Source of the DNA: Eledone cirrhosa
Lineage: Eukaryota
Assembly: GCA_964016885.1 (NCBI GenBank)
Contig: OZ024742.1
Location: 112,096,001-112,160,000 of the forward strand
Reading direction: 5' to 3'
DNA: 64,000 bases
The position numbers and the translations under genes were made by a program. The notes beneath the pieces were generated by a model, which saw only the letters and a list, made by a program, of their open reading frames with translations, ran no database searches and was not told the origin of the DNA. The stretch's first letter is position 1, and every line of letters begins with the position of its first letter. Shown here one piece after another: positions 42,419-57,538 of this stretch.

Positions 42419-43647
42419 TATTTTCAATTTACAAGGAGATTCCTATTTTCTGGCATGTTATTTCAGGAGTACATATTAAATATGCATATATTTATATACT
42501 CTCAGTTACGCACTCTCAGTTACGCACTCTGCATGTATACATATATAATTTAGGCTGCTAGCGTACTTCCTCATATATATATATATGCAAGTTTTTGCAT
42601 CTCTGTGTTCATCTTGTTTATTCTTGAACCATATCTATATCGATGAAGATGCATATTCTTGCAGAGAAAATCTAAATATTTATATTTTTGTGGGAATTTT
42701 AATATTCCCACATTGGTCTTCAAACAGCTTGGATGTATGTAGCTAATCCTCTCACCAGCAACCTATAATCTTTATGTTCCTCATTCTGAGAAGTTTATAT
42801 ATTTAGAACGTATTTTATTTATATATTACATCACTTATATTTTCTCTAACTTGGAGTATCTAATATTATGAATAAATATAATATGAATTTTGGCAAAATC
42901 GCATTAGGGTACACATTCAAACCACTTCTTTACTTCTCACCATAAGCCGCTTTGTAAAATTCATTAATATTTCACTCGGTATATATCAGCAATATTGAAA
43001 TTGCCTTTTTATGTATTAAGTCAGTTTGCATAGTCAGATTTCCGTGAGAATTATGAGTTAACATCATGTAAGTGTACACAGGCTTTTATATAAATCTTTA
43101 TATTTCCAGTATTTCAACACAATATATTAAAAAAATATATTATAATTCTGAAGGAATATTGAATTTGTTTTTTCTACTTTTCCTAATAGACATACTTTCA
43201 GCTATTTCAACAACTCAGTATTCTAATATTTATAATTCGATATCCACATGCGAACAAATCCAAAATTCAGAAATATCAGTTATTGTAAAATCATGTATAT
43301 AAGCTATATGTTGCCATGGTAATTAGAGAAACCTTTTTGTTATTTTTTAAAAAATATATGAAACACGTCAGGATTATAATGATTTATTGCAACACAGTTG
43401 ATGGACTTCTACAAAAGAAAATATGTCATATATTTACAAACATATATGAGTATTTAATTAAGATAATTTACGTACGCACTATATCAATTGTCTAAATATG
43501 TTAGTAACAACAACAGAGCAAACTAAGTGAGGATACGTGAATTTCTTTTAAATAGCTTCCAGGCTTATTTGACCAGAACATCAACAGGATTTGTGAAAGC
43601 AGAAATACTACGTCAATAAACTTATTAACGCATTTTATATTACATGA

Positions 43648-44545
43648 GTAGTGGTACCCGGCGTTGCACGGGATAAGGTATTTTGGAACGCGGGCCGCCA
43701 ACAGACCTTATCGTGGAAAAACTGCATGCCTCAACAATATGTAAAGAAAATAAACCGAATACTCTGATGGCTCGATAATCTTTAAGATTGTTCTCGATTA
43801 AGCAGGAAAAATGCATGTTTTCACCTAATGCGGGCCCTAGGGATCAAGAAAATATATTTTCTCATGTGCATAATATTCCCTGAAATTTGTGGTAAATCGG
43901 CTAGACGTACGCCTCAAAAAAGCCTTAAAAAGCTAAAAAAAATGAAGTTTTTCACCTAATCCGGGCCTTACGACATAAACAAGTTAGATTTTCTTTGCTC
44001 ACGGTATGAAGAATAGATTGGCTAATACATAGTTAAAATTTTAAGGAAATCGGTCTGAGGTAACGCCTCAAAAAACCACCAAAAAAATGAAAAAAATGCA
44101 GTTTTTGAATATTTGTATGTGCAGAACACTCCGTGAAACAAGTAATACACATGTAAAGTTTGAAAAAAATCGGTAGGGTAATTCTAGAGTTTTAGGGATT
44201 CAAATTCACAGACACACACACGCACACACACACAGACAGACATCCTCAGGGAAGTGACGTAATGCAGACAGTTAGACATACAGACAGATATTATAAGGGC
44301 GCGACGTTATATGTATGTATCTATCTAAAAAGAGAAAGACTAAGAATTATAGAGAGAGTTCGCTAAATCGCCTAATGCCGTCCCTAGGGCCATGAACATT
44401 TGAAATTCCTTTTGCCCAGAACACTCCTTGAAACATTCGTATCACATGAGTAAAGTTTGAAAACAGTCGGTTGGGTTGTTCTCGAGTTGTAGGGATTCAA
44501 ACTGACACACACACAGACAGACATCCTCAGTTTTATATATATAGA
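43648..44545 (-). mobile_element. Non-autonomous Helitron-like element
   Basis: On the minus strand it starts TC(tatatata) with (TGTC)/(TG) microsatellites near the 5' end, ends with a cccg-tgcaacgc-cggg hairpin followed by CTAC (variant of CTRR), and sits between host A and T. Confidence 0.7.
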
Positions 44546-44899
44546 TTACTGAAATCCATATTACCGACAAACCGAAAAAAGAACTTACATTGAATGCATT
44601 AATATATTTTATCGTTACTGAATTAGATAATCCTTATAGTTCTTCAAAAGCATATGAAATTAATCTACCTCACGCTAATTTTTCCAAAAATAAAAAAGCA
44701 CAAGGTTGGCGTAGGTAACAGGACAAGGTTTTCAAAATCAAGTGGTTTGTTTCATGATATGCACGTACCAATGTTTTGTTAATTCACTATATTCCTTCGT
44801 AAAACACGTGGTTTGAAATAAAGCTTGTAAATATTAATTTCCCAGCTGAAATATAGAAAATAATTTCCATTATACACACATAGACACACCCCAACACAC

Positions 44900-45075
<176 letters not shown>

Positions 45076-45671
45076 ATGTGTTTGTGATCAAACAAAATTT
45101 CCAACAAAATTATTGTTTAATGCACATTCTGTTGTCACCAGGTAATTTACCTTTGATGAGATTATTATCGCAATCACGATTATTCCTATTCGTGTTTTGC
45201 CAGAAGCATATTTGCTTTTGGTTTATCATTTAAGCAGTATAACTGGGGAATAGTTCTGTCTTTTTACGGCTTGTATTTACATATGTTGTGATATTTCCAA
45301 TGTTAAACGCAGATTATATCAGCAAAATCCATAGGTCATTGATTGCTGTGGTAAATATAGTTTATATATCAATCCAACAATATATTATTTATATTTTATC
45401 CGTATACAAGGGGGACCTTTATTCCACTTTTTTTTCGTTCTTGAATATTTAATATTCACATTATTTACTACGTTACTGCAGTGATATTGAACCACTTTCA
45501 TCTCTTAAATGCAAGGGAATTCCCAAACCCAGGATGCTATGAATACAAAACATAAAAGTAATGGATTGTATTATAATATCTATTTTTTTATAACATCGCT
45601 ATCATGGAATATGATTTATGTAAAAGGAACGCCATTGGGAGTATTTTAGACATACTTGACAATAATTTTGA

Positions 45672-45860
45672 AGATTTGGCAATATCGGTAGAGCGTCGGG
45701 CGCTATGCTTTGCACCATAGAGTTACGCCCCATTACGGTCTGAGTTGAAATTCCACCAAGTTTAAATTTGCCTTTCATCCTTACTGGGTCGAGAAAATGA
45801 AGCACCAGTAATGCACTGGGATAAATTGCATACCTTGTGCTAAAGGTAGAAACAATTATT
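45672..45860 (+). mobile_element. tRNA-derived SINE, diverged
   Basis: tggcaatatcggtagagcg...tttgcctttcatccttactgggtcgag...gtagaaacaatt. Confidence 0.8.
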
Positions 45861-46737
45861 TCTTATAATTCAATCTTTATATCAGGTTCGATTGACAAGG
45901 TTCATTTATGTTGTTTTTTTAAAATACTTTTGTAATAGGGTTGGGCTTTTGCAGCTGCTGTTTAGGACCAAAAGTGTCCTGTTCTAAGATTCATAATACT
46001 ACCCGCTGACTTATTCCGTCTCTTTACGACATCTTGGGACTTAAATTTAGAACATTTTCGTCATTGAATCCTACGGCCAAGTAAGTTGTCGATCTCATTC
46101 AACGAGGTTCTCGCTTACATTTTTTACTTTAATTCTCCATATCTGGGATATAATTATATTATTAATTATCTGTAACATCACCCTCCTTTTATACATAAAC
46201 TAAAATGTATACTTTCGGTAACTATAGCATACACAAGAAATAATTATTAGTATTGCTGACATCAATTAGTGTATTTAATATTCAAATAGACAACAATGTC
46301 ATGTGCATGATTTGTTGGATTCTGGCAATTATTAGAATACTAGAAATCAGTAAAACTACAAACGATATATGGTTATTATGACTAGAATCACTCAAACCTA
46401 ATATTATATATACATATAAGACTATGTAATGATCCGATATCACTATACATTATTCAACCACTTTCATTTCGATCAATATAAATAGCGTTATTAAATGCGT
46501 CTTGATTATTATCTAATATTATTCTTACTGCTTTCATTATCCCAAACATTCTATCATGCTCGTCCTGATTATAACAAATATTATTAAATAAAAAAACAAA
46601 CATCATCACAACTATTTAATTTCTTTGTTCTACACATCCATTCTCACAGTAATATGTCAACATATTATTATGACAGAAGCAAACAGGATGATTAATTCTG
46701 GAATAATGAGATACATGTATAATAGAGAACATAACTT

Positions 46738-46784
<47 letters not shown>

Positions 46785-46810
46785 AGAACAAAAGATGGTT
46801 AAAAGAGTTC

Positions 46811-46887
46811 CATGTATTTTATTATGCGCATTTCAAAAACAAATATCATCATGCAATAATATTTGTGTTTTCATCAGATAAAACATG
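46811..46887 (-). ncRNA. Type I hammerhead ribozyme motif (Penelope pLTR)
   Basis: Mirror image of 51055-51131. Confidence 0.8.
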
Positions 46888-47630
46888 AAGACATGATATG
46901 AAGGTTAAAAACACTTGTGGATAGTTCAGTTTTAAATCAACATATGAGAAGTAGTTTTAGATTGATGTGTGATATTGGGAAAAAATATTTTATTTAGAGG
47001 GGGGGTTGGAAAGGATGAAAAAGAGGAGGAGATGAGACTAAAAAGTGGAGGGGGATGAGTATAATGAGATAGGAGGAGAGATGGGTGATAGATAGAGAGA
47101 GATAGCTTTTATAACTGAGAAAGATATATTGTTTTACATAGACAGGTTGAAAACCGTTGGAAGATAATGAATAAATTAAAAGAATTTGAAAATTAACGAA
47201 GAGAAAAATAATGTAAAGTTAAGGTTTGTATATTGAGGGGTTTGATAATATGTGCGATGAAAAAAGAAAATGTTAATATGTATTGAGAATAATGTTTAAG
47301 GGTTTAATAATATGTGCGATGTTAAGAAGATGTTGATATGTATTATTAAAAGGAACAACAGGTTATTTACGTAAGGAAATATTGTGAGATGAATGAGTTA
47401 GATGAAAGGGAGAAAAGAATAATGAATTGAGGATGAATAATCTAACGTAAAAAAAAATGTATATGTTTACGAAGGATTTTTACGAGGTGAGAAGAATGAT
47501 TAACAAGTATTATAGAATGTATAATAACCTTTGAAATAAGGTAGAAAGATGGGTATATTTTTAAAAGAACTGTATATATATATATATGTGCCTTTGAGAA
47601 AAAGATTCTAAATTGATAAAGAATTGAATA

Positions 47631-48924
47631 TTAGCGGTATACTTTGTGAATTGTTTTATGGAATTTATGCAAGCAGATAAAAAACAAGTCAGTGCGTCTA
47701 TTTATTATAGAATCTAAATTAGAAATAATGGTAAATTTTTCATTTAGGCAGAGATTGCAAATTTTGGATAGAGAACTGTTCAAGTATGCAGACGCAGAAG
47801 AAACCTTCTTCCAAAAGATGCTATATTTAATATTTTTGTCTTTCAAGGACCATATGAGTTCTGAGAGAGCCGTGTTGGTTCTTTTAAGTTTGTATTTAAA
47901 AGACGAATGATGGTTATAAAGACGAGCTTTAAAAGAGGTGGAAGTGGAGCCAAAATAGGTGAAGGAATTGGTGTCAGTTATAACTTTACATTCGTAAATT
48001 AAGTTTTTATCAAGACAATGGTTGTTGAGAGGACATTTATTTTTAATAGGGCAACTGCAATTGCGATTAGAGAGATTATTAATGAGTGACCTAGTGTTAT
48101 CTATAGAAGGAATTGGATTAGAGAAGTTATTTGCGATAGGAATAATAGTTTCTTGATTTAGAATGGGATTAAGAACATTTAGCGAAGTTGTGTTTGACGT
48201 TGTATTTGGGTTTGTAGAAATTACACTAGCGTTTACAATGACGTCGGGAGTACTATTATTATGATATTCAGTGTTGGAAGGAAGAGATTTAGTATTTAGT
48301 ATTTTATTGTTGTGTTGTGTTGGAAATGATGGAGGATGTAGAATAGGAACATTTAAAGTGTGTTTGTTAAATATTTTACTATAGATATGTGACGGAGGGA
48401 AGCATTTATTTAAGGCACTAAAGAATAATTTAGGAATATTGTTATTAATAGAGATGGAGAAAGGAGCATTATACCAGATTATGTTTTTGTATCTAGGTCT
48501 TTTATTAAAGTTAGTGGAATGATCATGATTAATTATTCTACTGTAATTTCTTCTAGAATTTGTTTCTTTAATATATTTAATTTTATCAGGATAGCCGGCT
48601 TTCGAAAGCGCGTTATTATAGTAATTGGCGTTAGCATCAAACATGTTTTTATTAGAAGATAGGTTAGATATTCTTTTTACAATATTACTAACTATAGCAA
48701 TATTGATATTAGTAGGATGGTTAGATTTAAAGTTAACATAATTTAGGTTCTCATTGTTTTCATGGTAAGGGTAATATAGGCCAGTGTCAAGATTAAGTGA
48801 TATATCCAAGAAATTAGCTAGTTTGATGCTGTTATCAAATTCAATTTTTAGGTTATGTTGGTTAAAGAGATTACGTATATTGTTCTTAATAATATTAAGG
48901 TTAAGTATGTTGCAATTTAAGATA
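47631..48924 (-). pseudogene. Penelope-like RT thumb plus GIY-YIG endonuclease, left arm
   Basis: FLDISLNL, SNHP, WYNAPF, CSCPIKNKCPLNNHCL..LIYEC..YFGST..FKARLYNH, CNLCLNEK. Confidence 0.85.
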
Positions 48925-50300
48925 CCAATTTTGAACTCTTTGAGTCGGAAAATTCATCAACTTCGCGGTGGAATTTATCGTGACGATGGACTCTTTACTA
49001 TCTTAAATTGCAACACAGTTAACCTTAATATTATTAAGAACAATATACGTAATCTCTTTAACCAACATAACCTAAAAATTGAATTTGATAACAGCATCAA
49101 ACTACCTAATTTCTTGGATGTATCTCTTAATCTTGACACTGGCCTATATTACCCTTACCATAAAAACAATGAGAACCTAAATTTTGTTAACTTTAAATCT
49201 AACCATCCTACTAATATCAATATTGCTATAGTTAGTAATATTGGAAAAAGAATATCTAACCTATCTTCTAATAAAAACATGTTTGATGCTAACGCCAATT
49301 ACTATAATAACGCGCTTTCTAAAGCCGGCTATCCTGATAAAATTAAATATAGTAAAGAAACAAATTCTAGAAGAAATTACAGTAGAATAATTAATCATGA
49401 TAATTCCAATAACTTTAATAAAAGACCTAGATACAAAAACATATTCTGGTATAATGCTCCTTTCTCCATCTCTATTAATAACAATATTCCTAAATTATTC
49501 TTTAGTGCCTTAAATAAATGCTTCCCTCCCTCACATATCTATAGTAAAATATTTAACAAACACACTATAAAATTTTCCTATTCTACATCCTCCAACATTT
49601 CCAACATTATCTCTAAACACAACAATAAAATATTAAATACTAAATCTCTTCCTTCCAACACTGAATATCATAATAATAATACTCCCGACGTCATTGTAAA
49701 CCCTAGGTTAATTTCTACAAACCCAAATACAACGTCAAACACAACTTCGCTAAATGTTCTTAATCACATTCTAAATCAAGAAAATATTATTCCTATCGCA
49801 AATAACTTCTCCAATCCAATTCCTTCTATAGATAACACTAGGTCACTCATTAATAATCTCTCTAATCGCAATTGCAATTGCCCTATTAAAAATAAATGTC
49901 CTCTCAACAACCATTGTCTTGATAAAAACTTAATTTACGAATGTAAAGTTATAACTGACACCAATTCCTTCACATATTTTGGCTCCACTTCCACCTCTTT
50001 TAAAGCTCGTCTTTATAACCATCATTCGTCTTTTAAATACAAACCTAAAAGAACCAACACGGCTCTCTCAGAACTCATATGGTCCTTGAAAGACAAAAAT
50101 ATTAAATATAGCATATTTTGGAAAAAGGTTTCTTCTGCGTCTCGATACTTGAACAGTTCTCTATCCAAAATTTGCAATCTCTGCCTAATGAAAAATTTAC
50201 CATTATTTCTAATTTAGATTCTATAATAAATAGACGCACTGACTTGTTTTTTATCTGCTTGCATAAATTCCATAAAACATTTCACAAAGTATACAGCTAA
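48925..50300 (+). pseudogene. Penelope-like RT (YRDD onward) plus GIY-YIG, right arm, frameshifted near the C-terminus
   Basis: GGIYRDDGL, FLDVSLNL and the same GIY-YIG motifs as the left arm. Confidence 0.88.
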
Positions 50301-51054
50301 TATTCAATTCTTTATCAAATTAGAATCGTTTTCTCAAAGGCACATATATATATATATACACTTCTTTTAAAAATATACCCATCTTTCTACCTTATTTCAA
50401 AGGTTATTATACATTCTATAATACTTGTTAATCATTCTTCTCAACTTGTAAAAATCCTTCGTAAACATATACATTTTTTTTGACGTTGGATTATTCATCC
50501 TCAATTCATTATTCTTTTCTCCCTTTCATCTAACTCATTCATCTCACAATATTTCCTTACGTAAATAACCTGTTGTTCCTTTTAATAATACATATCAACA
50601 TCTTCTTAACATCGCACATATTATTAAACCCTTAAACATTATTCTCAATACATATTAACATTTTCTTTTTTCATCGCACATATTATCAAACCCCTCAATA
50701 TACAAACCTTAACTTTACATTGTTTTTCTCTTCGTTAATTTTCAAATTCTTTTTAATTTATTCATTATCTTCCAACGGTTTTCAACCTGTCTATGTAAAA
50801 CAATATATCTATCTTAGTTATAAAAGCTATCTCTCTCTATCTATCACCCATCTCTCCTCCTATCTCATCCTTCCTCATTATACTCATCCCTCTCCACTTT
50901 TTACTCTCATCTCCTCCTCTTTTTCATCCTTTCCAAACCCCCTCTAAATAAAATATTTTTTCCCAATATCACACATCAATCTAAAACTACTTCTCATATG
51001 TTGATTTAAAACTGAACTATCCACAAGTGTTTTTTAACCTTCATATCATGTCTT

Positions 51055-51131
51055 CATGTTTTATCTGATGAAAACACAAATATTATTGCATGATGATATT
51101 TGTTTTTGAAATGCGCATAATAAAATACATG
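51055..51131 (+). ncRNA. Type I hammerhead ribozyme motif (Penelope pLTR)
   Basis: ttttat-CTGATGA-aaacacaaatattat(tgcatg)atgatatttgttttt-GAAA-tgcgca-TA-ataaaa: long stem II, palindromic stem III ATGCGCAT, stem I extendable by catg/catg. Confidence 0.82.
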
Positions 51132-51253
51132 GAACTCTTTTAACCATCTTTTGTTCTTATATATTATGTATACTCCAGTCCTACAAACTGTAGAGTGCTT
51201 ATTATCCGATATCTGCATTGCTTTATTGTACTACAATAAAACTCACCTCCTAC

Positions 51254-51292
<39 letters not shown>

Positions 51293-51496
51293 TGCATATG
51301 CATATACACACATATACATGCATATACACACATATATCCCTGAATTTGTGTGGTGCCAACCTTAACTGTTGTTGCTATATGATTAATAGGGACAAAATAA
51401 ACTGAATGAATTAGATTGACTCTATATCAGAGCTATATAATACATTATAAAGAAAGAAGAAACATTAGACATAAATAAAAATATAAATACCCAATA

Positions 51497-51792
<296 letters not shown>

Positions 51793-52866
51793 CAAAAAAA
51801 TATTTTGATGTAGTACTTAGACATCTAAATAAATGAAAAAAATATGCAGATAAAATCTTACTCAAAGAAGTAATTTAACATATTAAACTTATGCCAAAAT
51901 CTCAACTTAGCGGAATATAATTCAGACCGATTTAAATAAGTTAGTCTAACTCATTTAATGTTCTCCTTGCCTTGGTTTTGGGAACAATGAAACAATACTG
52001 GCCGTTTCAAGTTATTGGAACTACCAATATTTAAAGAACATTTTCCTGTCTCTGTCTTCAGCTGAGTGTTCTTTGGAATAAGCGCAGATATATATTGATC
52101 ATAAAGTATAGAGATCATTTCGTTGCCGAAAGCACATGGTGTTCAAAACGTTGCGTAGTTCAAAGACTAAATGAACAAATTTCTCTATATAAGCCTGTCG
52201 TAATATATATAGATTTTTTTGTTAATTTAGTCTCGGGTCTCCAAAAATAGGGGGGCGGGGTAACCGGGGTTGGACATTTCCTTAAATTCTTTTAAGCGGG
52301 GGCGGGTGTTTTGAAAAAAACAGGCGGGGGGTCTTTAATTATATAGTGCACGTTCATAAATATATGAGTTCTTGTAATGTTCTATTCTTGTCAAAATGTT
52401 TCGTTTTAATGCATAATAAAATCATTATTAGATTCTCCAGCTGCTGTATCAATATGAATCACTTACAATAAAATTTTGCCAGAGATAGATTACCAAAATC
52501 TAATAAGCTTGTCTTGGAATAAAATCGAGGGGCTTCGAAAAAATCTGAAATAACTTTGAGGTAATGTTCGATGTCTATAGCTTGTCGCTATGTTCGCCCA
52601 CAACGCTAAACTACTGCCATAGAGAAATCGTTCTTCATTTATACGTATTATTTCCCATCAATCTTTAGAATATAATATGACTGAGGGCAGTTTATCAGCT
52701 GTCATGTTCAAAACCATCACAGAACAACACTTCTCTTTATGTTAGAGATAATAGAGAATTACCGACTAAATCAAATCAAAAGATAATATCTGAGCATTTT
52801 TTATTTGAGAATGCAGATCACTTCTTGAAATGAAGTAAATCGAATAAGAATATATATATATATATT

Positions 52867-52913
<47 letters not shown>

Positions 52914-55900
52914 AACCTTACATATATATATATGGTTATTCACAAATATAATAGTCTATTGTATATAATGTGACTTAAGAGTGAGTGTGTGTATCAGAAA
53001 ACATTCTGATACATTGCAATGTAAATGCTCACACATGTATGAAACTAACATATGCACATATAGTAGTTTACATAGCTTTACTATAGATATTAAACAAAAG
53101 ACAAAAATAACAAAACATTTATTATTATCAAGAGAAAAGCAGAGTAAGCATGATGCAACTTCAAATCCGGCAAGTAATTGCTTCTTAATGCAATTAAAAA
53201 ATGAATTTATGAGGTTGTTTTCTATATGTGATGTCGGAAAATTAAATCGAATAAAAGTTGTAAAAATAACAACATTCCATGTCTTACTACAGATAATAAC
53301 TACTTTGATACCGAGAAATAGATTTTAATTAAGATAAATTCACGGATGAAATTAGCAATTTCGTTAATATCGATTTCATTATTTTCTTATGCAGCTTGAT
53401 GTTTATGAAAAGGTTTTTCAAAAAAGCATTTTCCTGCTAAATATCACGTGAACAAGCTTTTTTGTTTCTTTTTCAAACTTCAGTTAATATCATAACTCAA
53501 GAGGCTTGGGTGAAGTATTTCTTACGATACAAAAACCGTTTGAAGATTTATGTCATAATTTATCTATAAGGCTTCTACATTGCTATTTCAAATTAATCGA
53601 ACGATTAACTATAATTAACTTTCAAAAGAGCATACTTTATAAATCGTTCAATCAACAGAGTTTATTTCTACAGAACGGCGCCTTGATGGCCATTGCTTCC
53701 TTAGTTTCAGCTGAAGCCACATGGCTACCGGTTCTATGCGATGGGAGAGAGATTATTATACAATGTTTTCAAAATATCTTGACACGTATATGTTATACTG
53801 TTGTGATTAATACCATATACTTTGGCATAAGAGTCAATCAATAAAAATAATGTTTTCGTACTTTTTGTGTTATTCTTTTTTCTATTTAATTTGAGTTGAA
53901 AGGGACCGATCAATGTATTTAAGATGACGTTTGAGGATTGGGAGGAAGCAGAAACGAATGTCCCATCCTGGTGTGCTATTAGGTGAAATGAAAATATCGT
54001 GTTCACTTCATTCGGAGACCTAATCCAAATTCGTGTAACATATTTGTCTCCACAAATAAGGCTTTACGGCCAACGTATGTTATATTCGGTGATAATAGAT
54101 TATTATTTTACGGTTAGTATTTCTATATAAATATTTCTCCTTGCAATGTTTGAAATATTTACGATGATCTTATTTACGTTTTCCCCTATACGACACTATC
54201 ACAGCTGTACGTGTTGTGTTTTAGCTGAAGAAAACGCCTACATTATTCAAATTATAAATATTACTAAATTCAACTGGAAGTATTTGTCATTGATAAACAT
54301 ACATTACAATATAGAATATTGAGAACAGTAATTGAAATATTGTAAATTAATTTACACACGGTTTTGAGTCGATATTTTACTTTAAGTGTAAATGAAGTAT
54401 CGTGACTTTCTAAATTAGATTTACTATAAGTATCATAGTATCTCTTGATACAGACTGTCATTTCTATGTGAATTACTTATAGAAGCGGTTCTAATTCTTC
54501 GTCAGCAAATACTGTATTTTATTAATGCATTCTCAAATAAGCTTGCAAACTAATTCATTTAATAACATTCGTCAATATTAAATATGTATACTAGTTACAT
54601 ACAATCGTTCGTTTAATTTGCAGTAGCACTAACATAACATTAATCATTATATGGGTGCATATGAACGCATATACTATGCTTACAGAGGAAACAAGAGAAA
54701 CATATTTTTTCATAGTATATTTTAGTATATGTCACATGATTACATAGTATATGCTTTCATATACACCACTATGATAATATGGCAAACTAGTAATAAGAAT
54801 ATAAAAACAATGTATTTAAGTAATTCAATATTTTCTTTCATTTTTTAAAATTTACTTTATTTCCAGTAATTGGGAGGGATACACCTGCATTGTTTTGTCA
54901 AAAATATATTGACTATCGCTGTACCAATAGCGTATGCCCCCAATTCTGACAATCATGAAATCTCATATTTATATTGAAAAAATACAAATACAGTTAATTG
55001 TATGATTAAGATGGAATGAGATTCATCTAATTGAGAGTAAATTGTACGAATACATGGAATATATTAAATTATGTATAGTGAGAAACTGTTTTAAGCATTA
55101 TCGCAAATAGGTGTCTCAATATATATTTCATACATTCCTAGATACTATTTATTTGAAACAATAGATAATATAAGAAGAACATTCACCAGTCTTATATCAA
55201 ATGCTTCTAAAAAAGATCAATATGTTAGATATAGTAAATATATCGTGCCGTAGTACGACATTTTCAGTGTGAAGATTTTAGCTATTTGAAATTTATGAAT
55301 ACATAATATTACACACATATTACACATATAATATTAAAATCCTTTCTACTCGGAATGCACTACAATATAGCTTGTTATTGAACAGAAGTTGCTTCAGAAA
55401 TAAATTAAGTAATTAAGTGATACATTAGGCAATGTTTGCAAAAAATGACGAAACACATATCAACAATATATAAATCTGTATGTAAAGCCTGCTGATTTTA
55501 ATCGTATTTCACGTAGCAATATGTATAGCAGGAAAACGTATAATGGCATGTGTCTATATACTCAGACGATAAGGGAAAGTTAACCATCTTAAACAGATTT
55601 GAACTGTACAGACGATATAGTGGACATCAACAATAACAAGACACGTAAGCTAGATGATAATTTAATGCAATGTTTATCTAGTTGGGTTGTAAAGAAACAA
55701 AACATAAATAACAGTATTAATTACGTGCAACAATTATTCCAATGATTTCATCGATAAGGATGGAATACAAGTCAATATAACTGAAAGTATGACATCATAT
55801 ATTCGGTTGCAACCGGGTGATAGTTGTATGTTCGATGTATTGGAGCGTATTGCACATACAGTTGGAGATGATAAATAATGCACAAGTGAAGAAAGACTTA

Positions 55901-57354
55901 TGAATATTTGATCGTAGTCCTGGATGAATACGGAATGATGCTGACCATAATGATAAGCAAAACTTCAGCAATTTGTCTTGTCAATAATATTATATACATT
56001 AACATTTGGTGTTTTGTTTATAAAAAAAGGAAAAAAAAATTAATATTATGGAACATATAACATTGAAAATAGACGAAGCAAAAATATATTGAGAAGAAAA
56101 TATAATATTGGCGCCGAGAAAATGGGGCCTGTTGCTTTTTTTGCTATGAAATACGCTAACATAACTCAGAAGTAGGTCCATGATGAAAAAACAAATTTTA
56201 AACAGTTTATACTTGATTTATAGAGAGATACTTTGACGTATCCTATGCAATAGCTTTAAGTGAATAATGTAGATCCACTTTCTAGATAAATTTAAAATTA
56301 CATTCAAAATGTGTATATTACACAGTGAATGAACAGGCTTACATTCATTAAATATGACGTCCTTTATGCGTATTCACGAATTCCTTTAAAGCAAATGTTG
56401 TTTATATATTTTATTAGAGGAAAACAAAATGCTACAAGGTGAATATTCTAGTGCAAAATATGTATTTACTATGCTGTTACCCGGCACATGACTGGCGATT
56501 TTATAATTATGTATTTGATCAAGGGGATGATATCACGTAGGCTGACATACATGCATTAATTATGATTTAACTTCTCTTAAATATCATCGGGCTTATAGAA
56601 TATAAGGCTGTGCAAAAACAAAGCGAATACGAATAGTTAAAAGTCTTACCTTTCCTATTCCTCTAGTTGTTGTGATCACATTTGTTGTTTTAGTCGACAT
56701 TTATTTGAAAATCTTCAGTCAAACATATAGAAGTCTTCTCCTTTTCTTGTCTCTTCCCACTCCCACAGACATTCCCCCTCTATGGACTACCACAATATCT
56801 CTCGTTTCACGCCTGCTAATGTTTTGTATTTTTAATAGCATAATTATACGTATACATTATTAGTCAGCAATATTATTTATTAAACGTTTATTCCATGTAT
56901 ATTTAAAAGATATATAACGTTGTTGTTTCCAATTATTTAAGCCACTTAAGATGGCTATTAAAAATGCTACCTACATATGAAATATACCGAGCTTTGTTAT
57001 ATTATTCACACATTGTATTGCTACCGCAGCGGTTATTTAAAAACTAATGATGTTTTATTTCGATGTTATATTGAAACAAGTATGTGTGCATACATATGTG
57101 AAATGGAATGTCTACACACGCATGTGATTATACATCTATATCTATATAAATGATATTCTTCGTTTTCTCCCTAATTTCTCCCAGGGTTCAACATTTAATT
57201 CTGATAAATCCTCGTAATTATTTCAACCTCACTTATTCTCCATTTCGCCCACTCTTATATCTTGCCAAGCAGGAAATTGGAGCAACAAATTGACACACTT
57301 CGGGTATTATATATTATACATTACAGCACTTGTATTGAACATTATATTAAATAA

Positions 57355-57538
57355 GGGCGGTGGATTGGCAGTATCGGTAGAGCGTGTGACGCCATGCTTT
57401 GCAGCATGGCGTTATGCCCTGAGTTCAAAACCCGCCGAGGTTATCTTTGCCTTTCATCCATACGGTGTCGATAAAATAAAGCACCAGTAATACACTGGGA
57501 TAATTGCTGGTCTTGTACCAAAAGTAGAAACAATTATA
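57355..57538 (+). mobile_element. tRNA-derived SINE, full-length
   Basis: gggcggtggattggcagtatcggtagag...gagttcaaaacccgccgagg...gtagaaacaatt; probable TSD attatatt(a/g)aata. Confidence 0.85.

Larger units (their letters stand above)
46775..51167. mobile_element. 4.4-kb foldback of a 5'-truncated Penelope-like element (two inverted copies, 3' ends outward)
   Basis: Left arm 46775-48924 is the reverse complement of right arm 48999-51167; the 74-bp spacer encodes GGIYRDDG; GIY-YIG region; HHR at both outer ends. Confidence 0.92.

Noticed and set aside
48784-48924. N-terminal extension of the 477-aa ORF
   Set aside because: It is the antisense of the left palindrome arm read into the right arm, a by-product of the inversion.
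52228-52345. G-run-rich patch (G-quadruplex-like, or a DNA transposon end)
   Set aside because: No partner inverted repeat or second copy found in the window.
52907-52944. 11-bp hairpin tgtgaataacc/ggttattcaca
   Set aside because: Short and partly built from adjacent microsatellite; probably a local template switch.
53506-54006. Short ORFs that might be host exons
   Set aside because: No recognisable domain and no convincing splice-bounded frame.
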